Assembly (NCBI GenBank): GCA_024679065.1
Contig: JAGIQG010000012.1
Span: 66,030,001 to 66,094,000 of the forward strand
DNA: 64,000 nt
Source of the DNA: Sphyrna mokarran
Taxonomy: Eukaryota
Reading direction: 5' to 3'
The notes beneath the pieces are model-generated. The model was given only the letters and a program-made list of their open reading frames with translations, searched no databases and had not been told where the DNA came from. A program made the translations under genes and the position numbers. Below are positions 1 to 11,034 of this stretch, one piece after another (within the stretch, counting starts at the first letter, position 1; each line of letters begins with the position of its first letter).

Positions 1-16
1 GAGAGTACTTGCCTGG

Positions 17-305
17 GGTGGCACAGTGGGTAGCACTGCTGCCTCACAGCGCCAAGGACCCAAGTTTGATTCTTGGCTTGGATCACTGTCCACATGGGGA
101 CTTTACACCTTCACCCCAAGTCTTTGTGGGTTTCTTCCAGGTGTGTTGGTTTCCTCCCACAGTCCTAAGATGTACAGGTTAGATGGATTGGCCATGCTAA
201 ATTCTGCCTCAGTGTACCCTAACAGGTGACGGAGTACGGCAATTTTCATAGTAACCTCGTTGCAGTGTTAATGTAAGCCTACTTGTGATGCTAATAAATA
301 AAGTT
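17..305 (+). mobile_element. tRNA-derived V-SINE/HE1-type SINE
   Basis: A-box-like GGTGGCACAGTGGGTAGCAC head, GGTTTCCTCCCACAGTCC core, AAGCCTACTTGTGA..AATAAATAAA tail; several homologous copies in the window. Confidence 0.85.
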
Positions 306-860
306 TGAAAACTATTATGACTAGTCTCTATCAAACCAAAATCCTAATCAGTTTAGTAATTTGCTTTCAGTTCCATGAGCTTCAACTTGAACTGACAGAA
401 ACTTTGTCAAAGGTTGCCTTGAAATCTACAAAAATAACATCCTTAAATTTTCTCTTCTCTCCTAACTTAATCATGTATTGGAGAAAAAAAAATCTATTGT
501 ATTTGTTGGGCCTTAACTGGCCATTACAGATCCATGCTGTCTCTTTGATCAGCTGAACGTTTTCACGTTGTTAACAAGCCTGTAATTCTTTGGTTTTCCT
601 CTGTAATCTTTACTTAAATGGCAGAGTGGCATGTGCAGTTTTCCAATTTGAAAGGCCAGATCCAAAATCATGAGAAGTTTGTATATGCCTTCACCATAGA
701 CAATGTTTTCACTTTTTAAAACCTTGGAGTGGAAACATGTCTGGTTCTGGGGATTTTCTACTCTTTGCTACCATTATTTTCACTATTACTGTCACCTTAT
801 TTTCATTTTTCAGTGATCTCATTTTGAATTTTTTTGTGTCCCTGCTCCTGATTTGTTGAC
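306..860 (-). mobile_element. old CR1-like LINE RT fragment
   Basis: The reverse strand resembles decayed CR1 ORF2 (aaaatccccagaaccagac..., ...gatgttatttttgtagatttcaaggcaacctttgacaaag, i.e. the DV+FLDF.KAFDKV motif); heavily mutated. Confidence 0.55.
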
Positions 861-2286
861 TTGGAATATCTGGCATGCTCAAAATGCAGGCGATTAAGAA
901 CTGTAGCTAATCTTTGTACACTTTAAATAGAGATGTACATTACAAACATTGACTTCCTAAGCCAATACAAATGAATCCCCAATTAACGCCTGCCACCTGC
1001 ATACAATTATACAGTTAATAATTACAATCTATTACAGTTAACGGATTTCTTTCTTGCTAAATAAAAAATTAGAGTGAATGTGTGTAACCAAAATTTCAAA
1101 ACAAATTAAATCAAATGTCTCCATATGCTGCACAAAACCCTGCACAGCAAGGCATCCTCCCTAAAAATTTTGACAATAGGCACTTCCTTTTGCAAAACAA
1201 TTTGACAGTTGATGACTTGCATCCACCCATTTAATTTTAGATATTTCCTTTCCCGCCAATATTTGTCACAAATCAGCAAGGTCAGTTTGTAACCTTTCTT
1301 GCTCATGTATTTCATACAGTGTGCATTATCACAATAGGAATGGTTATATCATAGCATTCAATTAGTATATACTATTGCCCAGAATTGGAGACTTCACTCT
1401 AACATCGGTAACATCCATTTGTTGTTTCAAACAATCAGCCTTTCATTAAGTTTCTAAGTCCGACCAGTATCTTTTCCTACATGCCCCACAATTATTGGAT
1501 CCTTCCATTCGTTGGAGCTTTCTACAATATATGTCACTCCAATAGCCACGCTGAGCAATTGGTCTTTGGATGTGATAATACCCTGATGGAGGCAGTTGCA
1601 GATCCACTGTCTTCCAAAAATATTTGCTGTATCACACTTCATGTCAAATTTAATTTGTGCCTGTCAAAAGAAGGTTTACTCAACAGCATAGGTACCTCTC
1701 TGGAGAACCGCATTCATATTTAGAAAATGGCTTCCCCTGGGGATTTTAAATGGATTTAGGACATATTTTCATGGCCTCAATGTTTCCATCAAAACCTTAA
1801 AGCAAGTATTCCTTGAATATTTCTTATCTCTCTGATAATCCTCAATACTTAGTGAATGAAGATAATGTTCAAATGTCTGCCCCACATACTGTTGAAGTGC
1901 AAGTACTATCATGTATTGCACAGTTAAATGACTGACATGTTTAATTTGTTTGGATTCATCACTTTCTTCACCCTCTGCCTCAGAGTTCGTCACGTATCAT
2001 TTTGGGAACCTTGCGTTTTTGCTTTGGGCTGCTCATTGTATTTGAGATAACACTGCAAAAATGTATTAACTGTTGTTTCATGTTTACATTCAGCCATTGT
2101 TTTTATTCAAATGTTGTCTTCTGCTGTAATAGTCGACCTCATTCTGCCTGCCTTTAATCCTTCTATTGGATTGACACCTATGTCGATTTTGTACCACTTC
2201 TAAATCTAGCAATCAAGTCTTCTACTCTGTCTCACCATGGCATATCTTGTGTTTGGTGAAGGCTGAAGGAAATTAGTGTTCTCAGG

Positions 2287-3763
2287 TTACGTCTTTACGT
2301 TTTACGTTTTTTACATTTTCGTCGTTGGTTACGGGTATGGTGCCGGAAGACTGGAGGATAGCGAATGTGGTCCCATTGTTCAAGAAGGGGAAGAGAAACT
2401 TTCCGGGGAATTATAGGCTGGTGAGTCTTCTGTTGTGGGCAAAGTATTGGAGAGAATTATTAGGAATAGGATTTATAGTTATTTAGAGAGAAATGAATTG
2501 ATTGGGGATAGTCAGCATGGTTTTGTGAAGGGTAGGTCGTGCCTTACTAACCTTACTGAGTTTTTTGAAAAAGTGACCAAAGAGGTGGATGGGGGTAAGG
2601 CGGTTGATGTGGTATATATGGACTTTAGTAAGGCGTTCGATAAGGTGGCCCATGGAAGCTTCTGCAGAAAATGCAGATGTATGGGATTGAGGGTGATTTA
2701 GCTAATTGGATTAGGAATTGGCTAGCAGATAGAAGACAGAGGGTGGTGGTTGATGGGAGATATTCATCGTGGAGTTCGGTTACAAGTGGTGTACCTCAGG
2801 GATCTGTTTTGGGGCCCCTGCTGTTTGTAATTTTTATAAATGATCTGGATGAGGGTATTGAAGGATGGATTAGTAAATTTGCGGATGACACCAAAGTCGG
2901 AGGAGTGGTAGATAGTGAAGAGGGGTGTTATAGTTTGCAGAGAGACTTGGACAAGTTGCAGAGCTGGGCCGAGAGGTGGCAAATGGAGTTTAATGTGGAA
3001 AAGTGTGAGGTAATTCACTTTGGCAGGAATAACAAGTGTGTAGAGTATAGGGCTAATGGTAGGACTCTTAATAGTGTTGATGAACAGAGGGATCTTGGTG
3101 TATATGTGCATAGATCCCTGAAAGTTGGCAATCAAGTTGATAAGGTTGTTAAGAAGGCATACGGAGTCTTAGCTTTTATTGGTAGGGGGATTGAATTTCG
3201 GAGCCGCAACGTCATGTTGCAACTGTACAAAACTCTAGTGCGGCCGCACTTGGAGTATTGTGTGCAGTTCTGGTCCCCACATTATAAGAAAGATGTGGAG
3301 ACATTGGAGAGGGTACAGAGGAGGTTTACCAGGATGTTGCCTGGTTTGGAAGGCAGGTCTTATGAAGAGAGGCTGAGAGATTTGAGGTTGTTTTCGTTAG
3401 AAAGAAGGCGGGTAAGAGGAGACCTTATTGAGACATATAAGATGATTAGAGGTTTAGATAGGGTGGGCAGTGATATCCTTTTTCCTAGGATGGAGAAAGC
3501 TAGCATGAGGGGACATAGCTTTAAATTAAGGGGTGGTGGTTTTAGGACAGATGTCAGAGGTACCCAGAGGGTGGTAAGGGTATGGAATGCCTTGCCTGCG
3601 TCAGTTGTAGATGCGCCAAATTTGGTGGCGTTTAAGAGGTTAGTAGATAAGTTTATGGATGAAAGGGGAATGGTTCAGGTTAGAGGGTCACTGCTTGTTC
3701 CTAATTGGTCGGCACAACATTGAAGGCCGAAGGGCCTGTTCTGCGCCGTAATGTTCTATGTTC
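2287..3763 (+). mobile_element. young 5'-truncated CR1 LINE (RT domain + 3'UTR)
   Basis: ORFs 2435-2701 and 2671-3723 (SQHGFVKGRSCLTNL, YMDFSKAFDKV, GVPQGSVLGP, KFADDTK) joined by one frameshift; GGCCGAAGGGCC stem and GTTCTATGTTC tail; TCAGG duplication at 2282-2286 and 3762-3766. Confidence 0.95.
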
Positions 3764-4063
3764 AGGAATTGTTTTAATCTGACCATGATCCAAAAGGATA
3801 TTCTCTAAAAACCAACATTTGTTGGAAACAATTACTTGTCAATATGCAAACACCTTAGCATAATTAATATTGATTGAGGGATCCCACATTGAGTTGATGG
3901 AATCTATTCTATGGATAGCCACCTGTTTTCTAAAAGCTATCAGAACCTAACCATATCTGTTGGGCATTTAGCAGTTCATCTTTGTAGCAAATTTAATCCA
4001 AGAACGCTAATGGACATTCCTAACCTAAATCACTGATGGATATCCATCTCACAAGACACTTTT

Positions 4064-4240
4064 GGTAGGATTTTCCATGCAACTCATGGCCTCCTGTTCG
4101 CTAGTGATCCCGTTTTTCTGGTCCAGTTGTTAAAGCAGTTTCCCATTGAATGCACCTTGCCACCGAGAAATCTGTAACAGAACTGCACTGTTGGCAGACT
4201 AGAAGATCTCGCTGATGTCAGCAACTGAAAAATTCTGGCC
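4064..4240. mobile_element. MITE-like element inserted in the copia gag
   Basis: Imperfect terminal inverted repeats GGTAGGATTTTCC / GAAAAATTCTGGCC, TTTT on both flanks; the gag-like sequence resumes on either side. Confidence 0.6.
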
Positions 4241-4789
4241 TTTTCTTATCATTTACATATTAGAAGCGACAATGTCAAAGCCTTACCTTGTTTCATCTTT
4301 GATAAGGACATGTAGCCACTTTTTCCACTGGTGTGGTTCAGGTGTTATCTATATGCTAATTGTGTTTAATTGCATGCAGATGGTAGGACATTTTACTGAG
4401 TTTTCTACAAAGAGGCACTTTATAGAAACTGTGATATGGTTGAGTTAGATCTATGCTTGTAATATTTAACTCCACAAATAAATTTACGACTGAGTAGTGC
4501 TATGGCTATCTGAAAAAAGGACGTTAGACTCTATAAGCATCGGAGGGCAAGTATACCCTGACAGTTTGCACTTGCCTTCTGTTATTTTCCACAATAGTAC
4601 TCGGATTTTTCTTCATTTCCAAGCGTCCTCTTTAGGTATCCATTCTTTGTTAACATATTGTATGACAGAAAGCCAGCTTGCGAAGGATAAAACTGAAGCC
4701 AATCTTTACACATTTTTATAAGCATTTATTTAGAGGTGTACGTTCCAAACCTGCACCTCCAAACACAACAATCGCAGTTTTTGTCTCTT

Positions 4790-4915
4790 GCTATTTATAA
4801 AAGCATTTGGTTTACTAATGTCCTTTAGAGGAGGAAATCTGCTGTCCTTACTTGGTTTGGCCTACATTGGTTGATTCTCAACTTGCACCCCCCGCCCCAT
4901 TCAGATAAATACAAT
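4790..4915 (+). mobile_element. fragment of the tRNA-headed SINE/LINE 5' body (same family as 36002-36354 and 23602-23873)
   Basis: TGGTTTACTAATGTCCTTTAGAGGAGGAAATCTGCTGTCCTTAC matches the reverse complement of 23660-23706. Confidence 0.7.
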
Positions 4916-7759
4916 TAATATAGAATTGAAATTTTACTTCCTCTGTTGTAAATCATTCATTGATGAAGTCAACATACACAGCTTTCAAGAGTCCCAGATT
5001 GATCCCTTCCCCTAATGTAAAAGATTCTTTGAATTATTTTGATATCTGCACGTTGATTAATTAAAAGAAAATGATATTTGACCATTTTTTTAAATTTGAT
5101 CTTGTTTGATCAAAATTCAACACGTGGTCAACGAAGGGTCATTTTCATAACTTAATTTCACAAGGAAATATATGATCTTTCCATAGTTCAAGATCTACAT
5201 TGGGTTCTCACATTTTTGAAAGATTTAAATTTTATCTCTCAATTTTAAAATACAAGTTTAGCCAATTTTGACTTTATGTTGTCACCCAAATTTCATGTCT
5301 ATTCTGAGTCTGTAAGCTTTAAAGTAAATATTATGAAGTGGATCGCATGTCTCAGCCTAGACACTGTACATCAGACAAAGAAAATATGAAAGCTTGTTGC
5401 TTCTAGCTCTTTGTTATTTAATTTAACTGTCATTTCTTTCCCATAACTGCTTTTCACCACTGTTAGTTGAAGGCACATCTGTTCCTATGCTTGTCAGAAT
5501 TATAAAATGTTAAAAAGAGAAGCAGCACTTAACTCGAACATTTGATAAATCTGTTCTTTTTTTAAAGAAACTGAATCGTAAAGTATATTAAATAGGAGGA
5601 AATGAATTGCCAAATGTCAGGAAAATGTTGGTTTGTGGTTACTTTGATTTATTAGATGTTCAACTAAAATTCTGCATTTAAATTGTTTTTTTATTATTAT
5701 TGTGACAAGGACTAAGAACAAAATCGCCTATAACGGGTAGGAATTTGTCCAGGGAAGGAAGGAAATGTCAGTCAAATAAAACAGAGCTGGAAGCAATGAA
5801 TGTTAAATGTTTTCTTCAGTCTGACGTGTAGAATCTGTGTTTAGCAATGCGATGTATTTTGAAATGCACACTTAAACCACTATTGGTTAACTCTCTCTTA
5901 CCTGTTGCATTGGTAGGGTCACAATGTTTCACGTCTGCGACTTAACTGTGCTTCATTGTGGCAATCTCAAACCTCTACTTGTTCAGAAAATAAATATTTT
6001 CACACCTGGTCGATTGTAACTTGAGTTGCATTATTATCATGAGCACATTTAATCCTTCTGATTTACGGCATTAGATTTTGCACAAAATCGTGTTACTGGT
6101 TTATTATTTCCAATATTAAATAATGAATTGTTCATCACTCCAACAACAGTGCTGAAACTTTTTGATCTTTAGGTTGCAAAATGCCAAACACCTTTTGAAA
6201 TGGCATTGTTTTTCAAAACACAGGCTGCTTGTTGTTTGAATATCTTACTGGTTGTTTATAGGGATTTGTCTGAAATTTACAATTATGTTGTAGCTCCCTG
6301 GACTTCTAAATTAGCTATTAGCTTTGGAAAGTGCCCAAATTTGAGGTGTTCAACTTTGTCCTACCTGAGGCAGATCACCTACCTACTCTCTTCGAGAGGA
6401 AAATGATGTGGCAGAAATTAAATCTGTTGAGGGAAGGAAAAAGTTAATTGTGTTTTATGCCAGAAGAATTGCAGATTTTGCAAATAATAAAAAAAAAATG
6501 AATTTGACAGAATAGCCTGAAGTTTCAACTGTGTAGCCTGTTTGATTCAAATGTGTTACTTGTGACATGGTTGTCATAAGGATTACCTAATCTCTTGGCA
6601 CCAGTATGTTTTCAGGAAAAATTGCACTTAATCAGATGTGCTTTATTGTTGTACCAGTATGCTGCTTGTGTGCTAACTCTCAATCTCAACTTGCTCCCAT
6701 TACTGTCACAAAAATCCTAATTTTGTTGTATGTTACTGAGGTTACACATGGACAAAAAAAATCCAAAATTTGGAAAGGGACATCCTAACCAAGTGTTTTT
6801 CGAAATTCATGTGCTCCTGTGGAAGTTTTGCATGTCCAACTTTTCAGATTTTTTGTGACAGCAATGAATGATTTGTGCATTTTGAAAATAAATTCAGGAT
6901 TAGGGTCACTAAAATGTTAGCTATTGATTGAATAAAATGGTAATTTGCTTGGCAGTTTTGAGTGTTTATTAGCAAGAATGAGCCAGCATGGTCATCCTTG
7001 ATTGAGAAGCAGTTGGCTTTTAATTGTTCTGGTTGGCTGATTCCTGAGGGTCAATAGGATCAGCTGAGAAGGATTGAAGAATTCAAGTATTAGTACGAGG
7101 TGGTGAAATGAGACTGTTACAAATTATAGGAAGCAAGCATCACAATAAAATGTAAAATGGATATGGAATACTGAACTTCCATACTTTCACCCTCAGGTAT
7201 GATTTGACAATTTTTCATAAGTCTGGCCTTGTTGCCAGTTTGTCTAAAAATTAATTTAAATTAATCAAAAAAGGGTTTAAATAGTGTATGGTTAGAAGAA
7301 TAACAATTGCATGATAATCATCAGAACTAGTGGTAATTTTATGGTTTTAAAAAAATTTCATAATCAGTGTATTACACTTCTGCACAAATACTATACTCTG
7401 AAATGTTGGAAATTACATCAGTAAAATTGTAACTTTGAGAAATTACTGTGAAATAATTGAATTTAACCTCTCAAATTAAACAACAGAAAATGTGAAGTAA
7501 TTTTAATGGATTTTTCTCTTTCCTAAAGGTGGGATTGATGCTCGGGCTTTGAATTAAAGCATTTCAGATCTGAGATATTTGTCTGCCAAGCATTGCAGTT
7601 GACCCTTTTCACCATTCCGATTTGTTCATGTTCATATTGTTGCTGTAGAAATAATTTGTGTGCATTATGAAGCTGTCTGGATTTTTTTTGTTTACAAGGT
7701 CTTAAATAGAATTTAATTGACTGGCATCTGTTTTGAACAAGCTTTGGGTCTGAGAAAAG

Positions 7760-9320
7760 GTCATTTTTTTTATTCCCTCTCAGACAGTGATTAGTAATCC
7801 TGCATCTGTTCTGTAGCTGTAGTTATGAGCGTCATTATCGAGAGAGGTTACTGACTTAATTGTTTGTGTACTGCTAATTAGCAGCAGTTTTTCATTAAGT
7901 GGAGAAGTTCTTTCCAAATAAACTATCATGCCATTAGTTTTAGATTAAGTGGAACTGCTGAGCGACATCTGAGTGTAAATATAACTGCAGCTAAAAAATA
8001 TGTTCTTAACATGATGTGACCACCATTCAGAAAATAAGATTTGCCTTGAAATTTAAAGATACTGGCTCCTGGCGTAAAATTATGATAGAACTTGATGAGC
8101 CTTTTTTCAATGAGAGAATAATAAATGAAACAATGAAAGCATATCTAGGTTGATTTATGTCAAACTATTTTTCAGCAAAATGTCAGTGGTAAAAAAGCAG
8201 AACTTTGCTTTATAAATTGCTTTCTTTTTTTTTTAGGAACTGCATTGCACTGTGAAGAGTATGCAAAACATGGTTTTAAAGATTTAAAATGTGCAATGTT
8301 TAAAATGTTTGAATCCAAGGCATAAATGCCTGAATAACCTCATTGTCTTCAATCAAAACAAAAACACCTCTTGTTATTATGAAAAATGTCCAGAAAAGTA
8401 GCTTTAAATTTACTGTTATTTTTAGGTATATAGGTTGTTAATAATGTTCCCTGAATGATCCTGCTTTTGTTTAATTACAAGACCAATCTGACAAATAATC
8501 TTTAGACTGTAAAACAGCTTTGCAAGCATGTGCTGGTTTACCTTAAATTTTTTCTCTGTTCCAATTCCTGCCACACACACAAAAAATGTGTACATAAAAA
8601 AAATTGAATATGGAGTTGTTCTAGGGCAAAATAGGAAAAGTGGTGTGACTTTAATTTAGAGTGACTTAGCCCCACATATACATTTGTGCTCAAAGGGAAA
8701 TCACTTTGGATTATCAGCACTGTAGCACACTGCATAAAATATTGAAGGCTACTTTACTTTCTAAAGGTGGCACTCCAGGCTAGAAGAGCTTTGAGCAAAT
8801 TTTAAATTTACAAATAACTGACAGAGGTAGCTGATGAGCTGTGAACAGCATATGCTGCCTTACTTCGAAGATGTCGCATTAGCTGACATGTCCTTTCTTA
8901 ATAACAGAGTTATTGCATTTGCCTCTGATGTGATTTAAGAGGAAGGGGAGCATTATTGCAATGTTGGGAGTGAGCTGTAAAGTTTTGTTGTGTTTGAACC
9001 CATCTTTCAAGTTAAATTGAAAATAGCATGTAAATTCAAAGGACAGCTTCGTTAATTGTTTTACTTTTTTTGCACTGAGATTATTTTTCTCTCTTTTCGC
9101 AGTGAGTGACAGGAAGTTAGAGGTGAAATATTTAAAGGAGCTAGATTCAGATCTGTCTCAATAGTTGAAGCTGCTAACATTGCTGTTCTAACAGTAGCTA
9201 ATTATTAGAGAGAACATTTGTTTGTAAGATGACAGTTAAAGCTGGTCTAGATTGGGCAGTGGCTGTCAATAGCAGCTATATGTTCTCCTGACCTGTTGAT
9301 TTGCAATGGTGATTTTGAAA
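7760..9320. promoter_or_regulatory. candidate conserved non-coding elements (intron upstream of exon ~12)
   Basis: No recognisable TE; high-complexity blocks rich in TAATTA/TGACAG/TGATT motifs; conservation not tested. Confidence 0.35.
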
Positions 9321-10139
9321 TTGTATGATTATCATCCAGAATCAAAACATTTATTCAGCTCAGGAAAGGGTATTCTTCCTCTTCTGCTCCTTCTTCCAAA
9401 ATATATCAGTTATATAGAAGGGGGATCTTGTGGAGAATATATAGTAGTTATTTATCCCAAACTGTTAGTTTCTCACTGATAGACAAAATCAGTAGTAATT
9501 TGAGTTGATGATCCAGCAAATGCAATTTTAATCTCCAAGATAGTAATTTGAACTGAAAAATTACCTGACCTAACCTCATCCACTCAGAGATCCGATCATC
9601 CCCACCCCACACTTCCATATATCATCCCAAATATTCTTTTCAATAATTGTGGGATTATAACCTGCACGACATACTGGAAGCCCATTTCATGAGCCGATTA
9701 TTTGCAGTGAAGGAACGCAACACTTCCCATTCCGCACTTCGTTTGAACCTTGTCCTTTTGTGATGATTTAATTATGGTGATAGTCCAGAGTTAGTGATTC
9801 TACGCCGTTTTTCAAATATCTCCACATTTTACTTAGCTGTCTGTCTTCTTTCAAGACTTCAAAATGGTCACATCTCAAAAGTCCATCCTCTGATTCTACA
9901 GATTAGCTATTTAGCCTTGCTTTCAAAACTTGTGTATCCCTGACTAGAACTAGGTGTGGTCCTCAAGACAAGACCTGAAAATAGCACTCAACAGTTGACT
10001 TTCTTCAAATTAGTCTCTAATGGAGTGATTTCTTTTGTTCTGAATGCTGTCCACAGTCATTATTTTGCTAAGTACCAAACATATTTCTGTGACGCTGTTT
10101 AACTTCATCTTTAATTTTAGAATTGATTTCACGTGAAAC

Positions 10140-10355
10140 ATTAAACCAAGGACAATTTCTGTATTTTGGTGGCTGTAGAACATTCTGTGGCCTTTTCCCA
10201 AAAATAGCAATGAAGATCTCCTGGTGTCCCAGTTGATTTTGCTCAATTGGCAACATCAAAATTGATTATCTGCTTGTTTATCTCATTGTTTTTGGGACCT
10301 TGCAACGTGCAAATTGGCTATCTCCTCTGCTCATACTGTGGTAGTGATTCCACTT
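10140..10355 (+). mobile_element. old DeuSINE-like (SacSINE1/AmnSINE-type) fragment
   Basis: CTCCTGGTGTCC...GATTATCTG..TCATTG..TGGGACCTTGC..GTGCAAATTGGCT resembles the Deu core as recalled. Confidence 0.5.
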
Positions 10356-10815
10356 GCTTTGCTGAAGAGAGATGTCTTGCCAAAGCTTTGTGTTGCACTA
10401 CCTAGAACAAATGTAAGAATACAAAATTTCAAGTGATCACAACAGATTATTTTACAGGAGAAAAACGTGTTGATTTGTGGGCAAGTCAGCTCTGAATGGC
10501 GGATGTGTTGCCATGGAAAAAGCAACTGTGTTGTTGTGAACAATATAGTGCCATTAAAAACTCAGGATGATGTTGTACCTTAGTATTTCTCAAGAAGATA
10601 GATAGGGAAATATATTTAAGTGGAAATTCCACATGTGCATTCACTGTTAAATAAAATATTGACATATTGCTCAATTTTATCAAAACTTTTTTGTATTGCA
10701 CTCATCAGGGCAAATGCAAGAATACAAATTTCAAGGGAAGGTATAACTTTATACCACATGAAAAGAGGGTGCTCATTTTATTGGCAAGTAAATACGTTGA
10801 TGTGCAGAATGCACC
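10356..10815 (-). mobile_element. two tandem Penelope-type pLTR relics with decayed hammerhead motifs
   Basis: 10356-10530 and 10655-10815 are homologous to each other and to 27505-27670; the second reads gccCTGATGAgtgcaatacAAAAAAGTTTTgat on the minus strand. Confidence 0.6.
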
Positions 10816-10915
10816 AGTTGTTGGTAGCTGTCAGTTAATTGCCAAGCATTATTTGAAATTTAAACCAGGCAGCTTCACTCTTGACATATATTGATAAATA
10901 ACTATTAACTTACAG

Positions 10916-11034
10916 GGACTATAGAAGTGCTGAAAGCCATGCAGAATTTAGGAGTAGAACCTGATGTGGAAACATACGCAAACTATGTGCAGTCATCATT
11001 TGATAATGTCGAGGTAGCTCGTACCCAACTTGAG
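10916..11034 (+). CDS. LRPPRC: LRPPRC exon (~12), 119 nt
   Basis: tacag|GG...GAG|gtatgt; encodes (G)[39 protein letters not shown], a PPR-like motif (GVEPD..TY). Confidence 0.93.

Larger units (their letters stand above)
870..4777 (-). mobile_element. decayed, internally deleted Ty1/copia-like LTR retrotransposon
   Basis: Minus-strand relics in order: gag (MSLSKMKQGKALTLSLL 4311-4261; YKDELLNAQQIWLGSDSF 3986-3933), protease (SFNCAIHDSTCTSTVCG 1931-1881), integrase C-terminus (EWKDPIIVGHVGK ~1510-1470), RNase H (EISKIKWVDASHQLSNCFAKG ~1247-1185). A purine tract precedes ~1042, and LTR-like homology links 900-960 with 4692-4765. Confidence 0.72.

Noticed and set aside
2671-3723. 350-aa ORF as a host gene or domesticated RT
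   Set aside because: It is a 5'-truncated, frameshifted CR1 ORF2 with its own 3'UTR and TSD.
7500-7535. Pyrimidine tract with AAG|GTGGGA as a recursive splice site
   Set aside because: AAG acceptor and weak reconstituted donor; such matches are common.
8831-8860. CTGATGAG followed by the hairpin GCTGT-GA-ACAGC as a hammerhead
   Set aside because: No GAAA after the stem and no stem I/III partner.
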